Shown in pieces: positions 1-9,252 of a DNA stretch of 55,150 nucleotides. A model generated the notes under the pieces. The model saw only the letters and a list, made by a program, of their open reading frames with translations. It was not told the origin of the DNA and ran no database searches. Source of the DNA: Gammaproteobacteria bacterium (GTDB lineage: Bacteria; Pseudomonadota; Gammaproteobacteria; Pseudomonadales; Azotimanducaceae); contig PBVL01000058.1 of assembly GCA_002728675.1 (NCBI GenBank), positions 2,232 through 57,381 of the forward strand, read 5' to 3'. Each line of letters starts with the position of its first letter. The stretch's first letter is position 1. The position numbers were made by a program, and so were the translations under genes.

Positions 1-322
1 AAAAGACCCGTTCGTCCCGGGTCACCGCCTCGTGTGCGCCGCGCGCGATCGCCTCCTGGGCGAGGGCCAGCGCCAGCGGGTCCTGCGCAAAGGCCCGCGG
101 GTCGTCCCGGTAGATGTTGCGCGAGAACTGATCGAGGACGATAACCTCGGCCAGTCTGCCGCGCGGCTCCGACCGCCACGCGAAGAGCTCCGCGGCACAC
201 GCCGCGGCATGGACGTCGCCGAACCGAACGCAGAGCGCCCTGTCGAACGCCGGGTCTTTCCTGAACCACGCTTTTCGCTCGATCTCGTCGAACCAGAATG
301 TCAGTACTTCGCAATAGTCCAT
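1..322 (-). CDS. DUF924 family protein (N-terminal part; gene runs off the left edge)
   Basis: Absent from the ORF track because it has no stop in the window. Reverse-strand translation from ATG (complement of 320-322) reads MDYCEVLTFWFDEIERKAWFRKDPAFDRALCVRFGDVHAAACAAELFAWRSEPRGRLAEVIVLDQFSRNIYRDDPRAFAQDPLALALAQEAI... The WF.KD..FD and LDQFSRN motifs are typical of DUF924. Confidence 0.6.
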   Translation of the reverse strand, partial: MDYCEVLTFWFDEIERKAWFRKDPAFDRALCVRFGDVHAAACAAELFAWRSEPRGRLAEVIVLDQFSRNIYRDDPRAFAQDPLALALAQEAIARGAHEAVTRDERVF

Positions 323-398
323 CGTCAGAACCGGGGCGGAATAGGCCTGCCACTTTAGCCGTGACGACCGTCCTGCAGAAGCCCGGCCGGAGACAGAT

Positions 399-836
399 TC
401 AGATCGGCGTCATCAGGAAGTGCCCGTGGGTCGCGGCGATGGGCTTGCCGCGTTCTTCCTGCCATACCTCGGCACGAACGTTGGCCACGCGGCGACCCTG
501 GCGGGTGACGAAGGCGCGCCCATAACAATCGACGGGGCGGCCTGAGCGCAGATAGTCGACCGAGATGTCGATCGTCTTCGGCAGCGCCTCGCAATTCGTG
601 TTGTAGAGCAGCTGCATCGCGCTCGTCATTTCGAGGAACGCGCCGAGCGCGCCGCCGTGCAGCGCGGGCAACGTCGTGTTGCCGATGAGCGTCTCCCTGA
701 ACGGCAGAATGGTCGTCAGCTCGTTGCCTTCAATATCGACCTGTACGCCCAGAAACCGAGCATACGGTATCTCGTCGACCACCGCCTGCATGTCGCGGCC
801 GCGCCCCGCCTCACGGAGTCTTTGCAGTGACTTCAT
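399..836 (-). CDS. PaaI-type hotdog-fold thioesterase
   Basis: ORF 399-971. The protein-like part starts at the internal ATG (MKSLQRLREAG...). LPALHGGALGAFLE and the ISVDYLR/..VANVRAEV pattern fit PaaI/4HBT thioesterases. The start overlaps the upstream gene stop by 4 nt (ATGA). Confidence 0.7.
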   Translation of the reverse strand: MKSLQRLREAGRGRDMQAVVDEIPYARFLGVQVDIEGNELTTILPFRETLIGNTTLPALHGGALGAFLEMTSAMQLLYNTNCEALPKTIDISVDYLRSGRPVDCYGRAFVTRQGRRVANVRAEVWQEERGKPIAATHGHFLMTPI

Positions 837-1267
837 CGACTGCCCGCCTCGCGTGGTGTCGATCGGGTGCCCAGCATGAACGTGCCAACGGATGTCGCGA
901 CAGGATCGTCGGCGCTGTCGTGGAACGCGACCCCCCGCACGAACGCGACGTTCCGAGTGATCTTGTAACACTCCGCCTCGACCACCAGTTCCGCGTGCGG
1001 CGTGGCTGGCTTTATGTAGTCGATCCGCAGATCGAGGGTCGCCATCATCTGCTCGGTGTCCCAGGACGGGTGTTTGCGCACCGCCTGGCCACTGGCGTTG
1101 TCGAGCGCTGCCGTAATCACGCCACCGTGCAGCACGCCGCTGTCCGGGTCACCGACGAGGTGCTCGGCGTACGGGACGGTCAGACGCGCCCTCGGCGTCG
1201 GATTGTCGTGCGTCACGATGCCGAGCGCTTCGCCGTGGGGTGACTGCATCTGAACGGGTTCGGTCAT
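833..1267 (-). CDS. PaaI-type hotdog-fold thioesterase (tandem paralogue)
   Basis: 144-aa ORF. GVLHGGVITAALDNASG and the RIDYIKPA...RNVAFVRGVAF pattern fit the hotdog thioesterase fold. Translationally coupled to the next gene. Confidence 0.75.
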   Translation of the reverse strand: MTEPVQMQSPHGEALGIVTHDNPTPRARLTVPYAEHLVGDPDSGVLHGGVITAALDNASGQAVRKHPSWDTEQMMATLDLRIDYIKPATPHAELVVEAECYKITRNVAFVRGVAFHDSADDPVATSVGTFMLGTRSTPREAGSR

Positions 1268-1303
1268 CTTTGCCCTTTTGCCGGCTGGGCCGGTGAAGCA
1301 CGT

Positions 1304-2065
1304 ATGATACCGGCCAACAGATCGTCAGAGCAGCAGCGACGTATGGCCACAACTCACGACCGTGTTCCGGAGGACGCACCCGAACTCCGCCAGGACCTTG
1401 CCGCGGCCCTGCGCCTTGCGGTCCGCCACAACATGCACGAAGGGATCTGCAACCACTTCAGCGTGGCGCTCGACGACCATCGATTTCTACTCAACCCTTT
1501 CGGCATCCACTGGTCACGTATCTGCGCGTCGGACATCATCACGGTTGACGAGCGAGCGCCGGACGACGCGGCGGAACTGACGGCGCTCTGCATTCACCGC
1601 GCGGTCCACAAACAACACCCGCGCGGGACGTGCGTTCTCCACACGCATATGCCGTATGCCACGGCGTTGACCTGCACCGTCGACCCCGAACTGAAACCGA
1701 TCCACCAGAACAGCCTGCGGTTTTACGACGACGTCGCCTACGACAACGACTACAACGGCCTCGCCGAAACGTTCGAGGAGGGCGGCCGTATCGCTGCCGC
1801 CATGGGCGACAAATCCGTGCTGTTCATGGCCAACCACGGCGTCATGGTGGCGGCCCCGACCATCGCCGAAGCGTTCGACAAGCTGTACTACCTGGAGCGC
1901 GCCTGCGAAGTTCAGGTGCTGGCGTTGTCGACGGGCCAGCCATTGGCAGAACTCGACGCGTCGATCGCCCGCCGCACGAAGGCGGATTTCGATCAGGGCA
2001 GCGCCTACTACCAGGCGCACTTCGACGCCGTCAAACCATTGCTCGACCGCAACTACCTGCGGTGA
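1304..2065 (+). CDS. class II aldolase/adducin-domain protein
   Basis: 253-aa ORF. NHFSVAL..., VLHTHMPYATAL and ANHGVMVAAPTIAEAF are hallmark class II aldolase/adducin N-domain motifs. Alternative ATG at 1343. Confidence 0.8.
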   Translation: MIPANRSSEQQRRMATTHDRVPEDAPELRQDLAAALRLAVRHNMHEGICNHFSVALDDHRFLLNPFGIHWSRICASDIITVDERAPDDAAELTALCIHRAVHKQHPRGTCVLHTHMPYATALTCTVDPELKPIHQNSLRFYDDVAYDNDYNGLAETFEEGGRIAAAMGDKSVLFMANHGVMVAAPTIAEAFDKLYYLERACEVQVLALSTGQPLAELDASIARRTKADFDQGSAYYQAHFDAVKPLLDRNYLR

Positions 2066-2156
2066 CGACTGTACCGCTGACGAGGTCAGCGCCCCCGGAT
2101 CCCATGGCTGCGGGTTGTTACAATCCGCAGCAAACAAACCGAGCGAGGAAGCCGCC

Positions 2157-2855
2157 TTGAGTAAACCCGTATGTCTCGTGACCGGCGTTGGCCCCGGGAC
2201 CGGCAGCGCCATCGTGCGTCGTTTTGCCGGTGACTACAAGGTAGCCATGCTCGCGCGCAGCGCCGACCGCCTTGCGGATCTCGCCGGGGAACTCGACGAC
2301 GCACATGCCTTTGCATGCGACGTGACGGACAACGCAGCGCTCGATGCCGTTCTGGACCAGGTTCGTGCCGAACTCGGCACCCCATCGGTGCTGGTCCACA
2401 ACGCCGTGGGCGGCGCGTTCGGCGACTTCCTGTCGATTGACGAGGAGACCCTGCGGCGCAACTTCGAAGTCAACACCATGGCGCTGCTGCACCTGGGTCA
2501 GGCGCTCGTGCCGGCCATGGTCGAAGCCGGCGGCGGCGCGGTGATCTGCACGGGCAACACCTCTGCCTACCGGGGCAAGGCGGGTTTCTCGGGCTTCGCG
2601 CCAACCAAGGCCGCACAGCGGATCCTGGCCGAATCGATGGCCCGACACGCGGGTCCCCTCGGCGTGCACGTCGCGTATGTCGCGATCGATGCCGTCATCG
2701 ACCTCGAATGGACACGCAAACGGAACCCCGACAAGCCGGACGACTACTACTGCCGGCCCGTCGACATTGCGGACCACGTCTGGCACGTCGCCCACCAGCC
2801 GAAATCGGCCTGGACGTTCGACACCGTGATTCGACCATTCGGTGAGGTCTGGTAG
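2157..2855 (+). CDS. short-chain dehydrogenase/reductase (SDR)
   Basis: ORF 2115-2855. Rossmann motif VTGVGPGTGSAIV near the N-terminus and NAVGG mid-motif. GAGGAA Shine-Dalgarno at 2145-2150 sits 6 nt before the in-frame TTG at 2157. The longest ORF starts at TTG 2115. Confidence 0.8.
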   Translation: MSKPVCLVTGVGPGTGSAIVRRFAGDYKVAMLARSADRLADLAGELDDAHAFACDVTDNAALDAVLDQVRAELGTPSVLVHNAVGGAFGDFLSIDEETLRRNFEVNTMALLHLGQALVPAMVEAGGGAVICTGNTSAYRGKAGFSGFAPTKAAQRILAESMARHAGPLGVHVAYVAIDAVIDLEWTRKRNPDKPDDYYCRPVDIADHVWHVAHQPKSAWTFDTVIRPFGEVW

Positions 2856-2906
2856 ACAGTCCGCCACGCGGGCGCCGTGCGATGTTGCCGACCGGACGTC
2901 CTGCGC

Positions 2907-4085
2907 TCAGCTATCCTCGCGGCGAAAAGGCGTGTGCTCGTTGATGTAGTCGATTTCTTCGTCGACGTAGCCGCGTTCCTGCTCGAGGAAGTGGTCAACC
3001 GCCTCGCGAAACGACTCGTTCACGATCCAGTGCGCGCTGTAGGTGTGGCTCGGCAGGTAGCCGCGCGCCAGCTTGTGCGGGCCCTGCGCACCGGCCTCGA
3101 CGCGCTGCAGACCGCGGCTGATCGCAAACTCGATCGCCTGGTAGTAGCAGACTTCGAAGTGCAGAAACGGGTGATCCTCGATGCAACCCCAGTTGCGTCC
3201 AAAGAGGCACTCGCTCCCAATGAAGTTGATGGCCCCCGCAATGTAACGTCCGGCACGTTTGCACAGAATCAGCAATAGGTCGTCGAGCATGGTCTCGCCG
3301 ATAATGCTGAAGAACGCGCGCTTCAGATACGGTGAACCCCACTTGCGATGGCCGGTATCGACGTAGAACTGATAGAACGCGTCCCAGTGTTCTTCCCTCA
3401 GATCGGACCCGGTCAACAGTTCGATCTCTACACCGTTGGCAACGGAGTCCCGGCGTTCCCGGCGGATGTTCTTGCGCTTCTTGCTCGACAACGCAGCCAG
3501 GAAGTCATCGAACGTTGCATAGCCGTCGTTCTGCCAGTGGAACTGCTTGTGGGTGCGCTGCAGGAAACCCAGCTTGCCCATGCGTTCCCACTCCGCTTCT
3601 TCCGGAAATGTGATGTGCACGGAGGAGACTTTCATCTGCTCGGCAACCTGCATGCACCCGGAGAGCAGGTAGGACTCCAGTTCCTCGACATCCTCGTGCT
3701 GACGGGTCAGCAGACGCCTTCCCGTTGCCGGCGTGAACGGTACGGAGACCTGAAGCTTGGGATAGTAGTTACCGCCCGCGCGCTCGAACGCGTCGGCCCA
3801 CGAATAGTCGAACACGTACTCGCCCTGCGAGTGGTTCTTCAGATACATAGGCATGACCGCTAGCGTGCCCTCTTCCTCGCTCGTGAGCTCCAGATGGTAG
3901 GGCGCCCAGCCGGTACGCGCGCATGCGGACTCGCTCTCCTCCAGCGCGGAAAGAAACGCATAGCTCGTGAACGCATCGAACGGAATCCCGCAGTCCGGGT
4001 TTGCGCGCGCCGGATTGGCGCATGCGTCCCATGCCTCGCGACCAATGTCCGCAATACTGCCGTGCGCTTTGAGTGTGAAAGACAC
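2907..4085 (-). CDS. FemAB-like / DUF482 (COG3146) acyl- or aminoacyl-transferase-fold protein
   Basis: 392-aa ORF. The pattern FLSALEES......GW.P.HL......G.L....P.Y.K.HS.GEYVFD..WA.A.......YYPKL....PFTP..G.R matches the DUF482/FemAB_like family as I recall it. Last gene of the F420 operon, 18 nt after the LLM gene. Confidence 0.75.
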   Translation of the reverse strand: MSFTLKAHGSIADIGREAWDACANPARANPDCGIPFDAFTSYAFLSALEESESACARTGWAPYHLELTSEEEGTLAVMPMYLKNHSQGEYVFDYSWADAFERAGGNYYPKLQVSVPFTPATGRRLLTRQHEDVEELESYLLSGCMQVAEQMKVSSVHITFPEEAEWERMGKLGFLQRTHKQFHWQNDGYATFDDFLAALSSKKRKNIRRERRDSVANGVEIELLTGSDLREEHWDAFYQFYVDTGHRKWGSPYLKRAFFSIIGETMLDDLLLILCKRAGRYIAGAINFIGSECLFGRNWGCIEDHPFLHFEVCYYQAIEFAISRGLQRVEAGAQGPHKLARGYLPSHTYSAHWIVNESFREAVDHFLEQERGYVDEEIDYINEHTPFRREDS

Positions 4086-4103
4086 CAGTACCGCCGCTTT
4101 GCC

Positions 4104-5114
4104 TCAGGCCCGCAATCGCGCCAGCAACTCTTTGCCGTGCTCGGCGTCGGCGACCGGGAGCGACAGCGTCGTTCGATCGGCCAGATCGCCGTACCTGGAC
4201 CTGAAGATGTCGACCACCGCGTCCACGTCTTCGGACACCACCGCAAACGCATCCAGAATCTCGTCGGTAATGAGCGTCCCCATCTGATCCCACTCGCCTT
4301 GTTTCGAGAGCCGGTTGAGTTCCGGCTGCAGATCACCCCACCCATGGAGCCCCAGCACCGGAGCGTAAGCAGGCGTCGAGCCATAGAACGCAATCTGTTT
4401 ACACACGGCCGTCTTGCTCGCCGCAAATGCCTCCTCGGTCTGCCCCGTCACGACAAATCCGGGATACGACACCTCAAAATCGTCCCGGGATCTTCCGTGG
4501 ACGGCGAGGCCTTTCCCGATCGCCGGCAACGTGACCTCGCGCAGATACTTCTCAGTCGTGAACGAGTGAATGATCACGCCGTCTGACACTTCACCCGCAA
4601 CTTCGGTCATCAGCGGCCCAACGGCTGCCAGAAACACCTTCGGCGCGCCGTAGTCGACATCAGTCGGCGTGAACATCGGCGTCATGAGCTTGTGCGTGTA
4701 GTAGTCGCCTTCGAACGCGAGACGCTCCCCCTTGTGCCAACTGTCCCAGATGGCCCGCATCGCGGTGATAAACTCGCGCATCCGCTTCGCCGGACTGGAC
4801 CAGGGCATCGAGAAGCGTTTCGTGATGTGGGCCTGAATCTGCGAGCCAAGCCCCAACACAAAACGCCCTTTGGAGAAGCTGTTCAGGTCGTGGCCGATGT
4901 TGGCAAGGTTCATGGGTGTCCGCGAGAACGCCACCGCGATGGACGTGATGAGTTCTATCCGCTCGGTTTCCTGGGCAGCGAGCAGCAACGGAAAGAACGG
5001 ATCGTGCGCCGTTTCCGCGGTGATGGCGCCGTCATACCCCATGGCCTCGAGTCGTTTGCCGGATGCCCCCGCCTGCGCGAGGTCTCCCATCAGACCGCTG
5101 TCAACTTTCATCAA
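4104..5114 (-). CDS. luciferase-like monooxygenase (LLM) class, probable F420-dependent oxidoreductase
   Basis: 336-aa ORF. LEAMGYDGAITAETAHDPFFPL, GRFVLGLGSQ and the TIM-barrel LLM pattern. Lies inside the F420 operon. Confidence 0.8.
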   Translation of the reverse strand: MMKVDSGLMGDLAQAGASGKRLEAMGYDGAITAETAHDPFFPLLLAAQETERIELITSIAVAFSRTPMNLANIGHDLNSFSKGRFVLGLGSQIQAHITKRFSMPWSSPAKRMREFITAMRAIWDSWHKGERLAFEGDYYTHKLMTPMFTPTDVDYGAPKVFLAAVGPLMTEVAGEVSDGVIIHSFTTEKYLREVTLPAIGKGLAVHGRSRDDFEVSYPGFVVTGQTEEAFAASKTAVCKQIAFYGSTPAYAPVLGLHGWGDLQPELNRLSKQGEWDQMGTLITDEILDAFAVVSEDVDAVVDIFRSRYGDLADRTTLSLPVADAEHGKELLARLRA

Positions 5115-5132
5115 CTGACCCCGCTCGCACGT

Positions 5133-6131
5133 CTAGAATTTGAAGTTCGCAGCCGAAAACGCTTCGGCCGTGGCCTCGTAGGCCTCCGGCACGACACACG
5201 CGATGATGTGCGTGTTCACTCCGGCATTGGCAAGGTCGCGAATGTCGTCCTGCACCTTCTCGCGGGACCCCACATGGGTGATCGAGTCCAGCAGTTCATC
5301 GTGCAACGCGCCCGTGGTTTTTGCCCTGTCCCGCGCGGCCCAACCTTCGGCAATCGCGTCTGCGGCGGCTTCCTGCCCGGCCCAGCGCAGGAACTTGTTG
5401 TAGACGGGGGTGGCATAGTACGGCGCAAAGTGTGACCGCAGTTTGTCCCGCGCCGCGTCGACGTCGTCAGTAACGGCACACTGATGTCGGCAGACAATCT
5501 CGATGTCCTCGAGTGTCTTGCCAGCCCGTTCGGCGCCGATGCGAACGTGCTCCAGCAACTTGGGCAACGCGTCACGCGGAAACAGATTGATGATCACGCC
5601 ATCTCCAACCTCGGCGGCCATCTCGAGCATCTTCGCGCGCAGACCCGCGATGTAGATCGGGGGCACTCCGGGCACGTCGGAGCCTGGCTGCGAATAGCCT
5701 TTGGAGCGGAGCGTCTCGCCCGCGAAGTCAGTTTTGCCACCCGCGAGGACGTGGCGCACGATTTCGACGGTTTCCTTCACGCGCGTCAACGGCTTCTCGA
5801 AGGTCACGCCATTCATGTTTTCCATCATGAACTGGCTCGACGATCCCAACCCCAGGATGAACCGGCCTTTCGAAACGTCGTGCAATACCTGGGCAGTCGC
5901 CGCGAGGACCGCGGGGGTGCGGGTGAACACGGGAATGATCGCGGTACCGATCCGAACGCGCTCGGTGAGCATTGCGACAGCGGACGCGGTGGTCAGTGAG
6001 TCGACGCCGGGTGTGTCGGCAAACCAGAGATCGTCGAACCCTTCATCCTCAGCCCACTTGGCATATTGGAACGTCTCGGGGATACCGTCCAGATTCGGCA
6101 TCGTCAGTGCGATTCTGTTTGGAATGGACAT
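5133..6131 (-). CDS. LLM class, probable F420-dependent oxidoreductase
   Basis: ORF 5133-6215. The homologous part starts at the internal ATG (MSIPNRIALTMPN...). AEDEGFDDLWFADT, GRFILGLGSS. AAGAGGAAG Shine-Dalgarno lies upstream of 6131. Confidence 0.8.
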   Translation of the reverse strand: MSIPNRIALTMPNLDGIPETFQYAKWAEDEGFDDLWFADTPGVDSLTTASAVAMLTERVRIGTAIIPVFTRTPAVLAATAQVLHDVSKGRFILGLGSSSQFMMENMNGVTFEKPLTRVKETVEIVRHVLAGGKTDFAGETLRSKGYSQPGSDVPGVPPIYIAGLRAKMLEMAAEVGDGVIINLFPRDALPKLLEHVRIGAERAGKTLEDIEIVCRHQCAVTDDVDAARDKLRSHFAPYYATPVYNKFLRWAGQEAAADAIAEGWAARDRAKTTGALHDELLDSITHVGSREKVQDDIRDLANAGVNTHIIACVVPEAYEATAEAFSAANFKF

Positions 6132-6159
6132 CAGCGCTACTCTTCCTCTTTGTGCTTGC

Positions 6160-6675
6160 TTACTGTTTTTGTTCTTTTTCCGCGTTCCGCAGATCCTGGT
6201 CCGCCTGTGGCGCATGCCAGATCTGTGGCTGAGTCTGGCCCATCAGGTCAGTCAGCGCCGACAGTTCGATCCGCCAGGGTTTGAGCTTCAGCAGGCCGTA
6301 GGTCGGGTCAGTCTTCCCGCCCTGCCAGATCATGCCAGGGTCGTAGCCAAGCGGCGGCGGTGTTGCTTTGAACAACTCCCAGATCCGCTCTTTCTCAGCC
6401 TGGTCATCTTCCCATGACGCCTCGCAGTCGGCGTAGATTTGCTGGTGGTCCTGATCCCAGTACGACAGCGTGAGGAACGGATTGGCTTCGAGGTGTTTGG
6501 CCTTCAGCGACTGCCGCCCTGTAGCGATCCAGCCGACGGTCCCTTCCCAGACAGGATGCAGCATGCGCGATCGCGGCCGTCCCTTGCGGTCGACCGTGGC
6601 AACCGACGCCCAGACGACTTTGGCAACCCGTTCGAGGAACGCCGCTTGAATTTCTGCAAAGTCTTCAACGACCAT
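6160..6675 (-). CDS. pyridoxamine-5'-phosphate-oxidase (PPOX) fold protein, possible F420/FMN-binding
   Basis: ORF 6160-6708. VATVDRKGRPRSRMLHPVW...ANP.LTLSYW is the split-barrel PPOX pattern. GGAG sits 7 nt before ATG 6675. Alternative starts: GTG 6708, ATG 6681. Confidence 0.7.
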   Translation of the reverse strand: MVVEDFAEIQAAFLERVAKVVWASVATVDRKGRPRSRMLHPVWEGTVGWIATGRQSLKAKHLEANPFLTLSYWDQDHQQIYADCEASWEDDQAEKERIWELFKATPPPLGYDPGMIWQGGKTDPTYGLLKLKPWRIELSALTDLMGQTQPQIWHAPQADQDLRNAEKEQKQ

Positions 6676-6723
6676 GGACATCTCCAATGGCGAGGTCCCG
6701 CGCTCCACGATCGGCTGCGCACA

Positions 6724-9252
6724 TCAGATGATGTCGGCGCTCGTGATCTTCTCGCCGTCATCCAGCAGACCGGGACGTACAAGCTCAGCCTTGTCGCGCT
6801 TGTTCGCTCTGTCGTATTTGCGCGCCGAGGTATAGGTCGGCTCAATCAACGTCTTCGCGCCAAACGAACGCGCGGTCTGCACTTCGCTGACCTCGCCATA
6901 GGCGGTACTGCGTTGTTTGGGTGTCCGGCCAGCGCTGCGGATGATGGCTTCCATCTCCTCCGGAGACGTCTCCTGGCCGTGGCTCGCGCCTGCCGCACGG
7001 GTGATGGTCTCGTTCATCAGCGTTCCGCCGAGATCGTTCACGCCCGCCTGCAGGCATGCTCTGACGCCGTCGTGCCCCAACTTGGTCCAGGACGCCTGGA
7101 TGTTGCTGAAGACGGGATGCAGCGCCAACCGGGCAACGGCATGAATCAGTACACCTTCGCGGAAGGTTGGGCCTTTCCGCGCCGCTCCCTTGAGGTAAAT
7201 CGGCGATTCCATGTGGATGAAGGGCAACACGACGAACTCGGTGAACCCGCCCGTACGTTCCTGCAGCCCGCGCAGCCGCAACAGGTGCCGCGCAACGTGC
7301 TCGTACCCTTCGATGTGACCGAACATCAGCGTCGCGGTGGTGTTGAAACCCACCTTGTGCGCGGCTTCCATGACTTCGAGCCACTGCGCGGTGTTGATCT
7401 TGTCCGGGCACAGCGTCGCCCGCACCTCGTCGTCCAGCACTTCGGCCGCGGTGCCCGGCAACGTGCCGAGCCCGGCTTCCTTCAGGTCCGTGAGAAACGA
7501 CTCAAGCGAGACGCCCAGCGTCTCCGCACCCTGCCAGACTTCGAGCGGCGAGAAGGCGTGCACATGCATGTCAGGGATGACCTGCTTGATCGCGTGCACG
7601 ATGTCGATGTACGTCTTGCCGGTGTATTCGGGGTGAATGCCGCCTTGCAGGCAGACTTCAGTCGCTCCGCGCTCGTGGGCTTCACGGGTGCGGCGCATGA
7701 TCTCTTCATGGGAGAGATCGTACGGACGTCCGCGCAGGTTCTCGCTCATCTTGCCTTTGGAAAACGCGCAGAACTGACATTTGAAGTAGCAGACGTTCGT
7801 GTAGTTGATGTTGCGGTTGACGACGTAGGTGACCGTGTCACCGGAGACCTCGCGACGGAGTTTGTCCGCGGCCGCACAGACGTGGGTGAAATCGTCACCC
7901 CGCGCCTGCATGAGGCGCACGATGTCGGCCTCGTCGAGTTTCTTCCCGTCATCAACCTTCGCGAGAATCGCAGCGACATCAGGGCTCGGCGCGAGTTTGG
8001 GAATTGCCGTGACCCGCGCCAGATCCGCGGCGGGTGGGTCTTCGACCGCGCCGGCGGCCCAGTTCTCGGTTCGGGCGAATCCCTGTCCGTCGAGCGCCTG
8101 CCGGACGGCCGGCTGCAGTTGGGGATCGATCCAGCGTTCCACGTCGCGGGCCCAGGCGGGATACAGCGCGAGGCGTTCGTGCAGGTGTTTACCCGCGGCA
8201 GCCGTTTCGTTGGCGAGGTTCGTGAGGTGCGGCCAGGGCGCTTCCGGATTGACAAAATCCGGAGTCACCGGCGACACGCCGCCCCAGTCGTTGATGCCCG
8301 CGTCCACGATCTGGGGCAACACGCCGGGTGACAGGTTCGGGGGTGCCTGCACGTTCATGTCCTGGCCAAAGATGATCCGCGCGACGGCAATGGTCCAGAG
8401 CAGTTCGTTCAGGTCCGGCTCCGGGGCGTCGACCATCAGCGTGTCGGGCTTCGCTCGGAAGTTCTGAATGATGATTTCCTGCAGGTTGCCGTAGTCAGCC
8501 TGCACGGCGCGCAAGTCCAGCAGGGACTGCACCCGTTCGAGGCGCGTCTCGCCAATGCCGATCAGAATCCCGGACGTGAACGGCACCGCGGCCTCGCCGG
8601 CAAGACGCATGGTCTCGATGCGCCGCGCAGGCACTTTGTCAGGTGAGCCGTAATGCGGCATCCCCTTCTCTCCCAGGCGCTCCGACGAACTCTCGAGCAT
8701 GATGCCCATCGAGATCGAAACCTTGCGCAACACCTCGAAGTCCGCGGCATCCATCAATCCCGGGTTGAGGTGCGGGAAGAGGCCCGTCTCTCTGTAAACA
8801 AGTTCAGCCATGTCGCGCAGGTAGGTCAGCGTCGACTCCTGGCCCATCGCCTCGAGCGCTTCGCGCGCCGCGCGGTAGCGCAACTCGGGCTTGTCGCCCA
8901 GCGTGAACAGCGCCTCCTTGCAGCCCGCCTTCGCGCCGTCCCGCGCAATCCTGAGCACCTCATCCGGAGTGAGATAGGGCGCCTTCACCTTGCGCGGCAC
9001 CTGCGCAAACGTGCAGTAGTGGCAAACATCCCGACACAGGTGCGTCAGGGGAATGAAGACTTTCCGCGAGTAGGACACGGTATTGCCGTGTCCGGCATCG
9101 CGAATCCTGCCAGCGGCCGCGACCAGGGCGGCGGTGTCGGTGTAGTCCGCCAGCGCAAGCGCCTGCGCATCAGTTGGCACATGGCCCGCGATCGCCGCCT
9201 CAAGTATTTCCGAAATGCCTTGCATGCTTCCCGTCTGGATTGACTCGGTCAC
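6724..9252 (-). CDS. fbiC: bifunctional FO synthase (7,8-didemethyl-8-hydroxy-5-deazariboflavin synthase, CofG+CofH fusion)
   Basis: 842-aa ORF with two radical-SAM CxxxCxxC motifs (CRDVCHYCTF in the N-terminal half, CYFKCQFCAF in the C-terminal half). Collinear with FbiC. 4-nt overlap with cofC. Confidence 0.95.
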   Translation of the reverse strand: MTESIQTGSMQGISEILEAAIAGHVPTDAQALALADYTDTAALVAAAGRIRDAGHGNTVSYSRKVFIPLTHLCRDVCHYCTFAQVPRKVKAPYLTPDEVLRIARDGAKAGCKEALFTLGDKPELRYRAAREALEAMGQESTLTYLRDMAELVYRETGLFPHLNPGLMDAADFEVLRKVSISMGIMLESSSERLGEKGMPHYGSPDKVPARRIETMRLAGEAAVPFTSGILIGIGETRLERVQSLLDLRAVQADYGNLQEIIIQNFRAKPDTLMVDAPEPDLNELLWTIAVARIIFGQDMNVQAPPNLSPGVLPQIVDAGINDWGGVSPVTPDFVNPEAPWPHLTNLANETAAAGKHLHERLALYPAWARDVERWIDPQLQPAVRQALDGQGFARTENWAAGAVEDPPAADLARVTAIPKLAPSPDVAAILAKVDDGKKLDEADIVRLMQARGDDFTHVCAAADKLRREVSGDTVTYVVNRNINYTNVCYFKCQFCAFSKGKMSENLRGRPYDLSHEEIMRRTREAHERGATEVCLQGGIHPEYTGKTYIDIVHAIKQVIPDMHVHAFSPLEVWQGAETLGVSLESFLTDLKEAGLGTLPGTAAEVLDDEVRATLCPDKINTAQWLEVMEAAHKVGFNTTATLMFGHIEGYEHVARHLLRLRGLQERTGGFTEFVVLPFIHMESPIYLKGAARKGPTFREGVLIHAVARLALHPVFSNIQASWTKLGHDGVRACLQAGVNDLGGTLMNETITRAAGASHGQETSPEEMEAIIRSAGRTPKQRSTAYGEVSEVQTARSFGAKTLIEPTYTSARKYDRANKRDKAELVRPGLLDDGEKITSADII

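Noticed and set aside
6439-8331. 630-aa plus-strand ORF
   Set aside because: It is entirely antisense to fbiC, whose product has unmistakable radical-SAM motifs. The translation is Arg/Gly/Asp/His-rich with no motif. This is a typical GC-rich shadow ORF.
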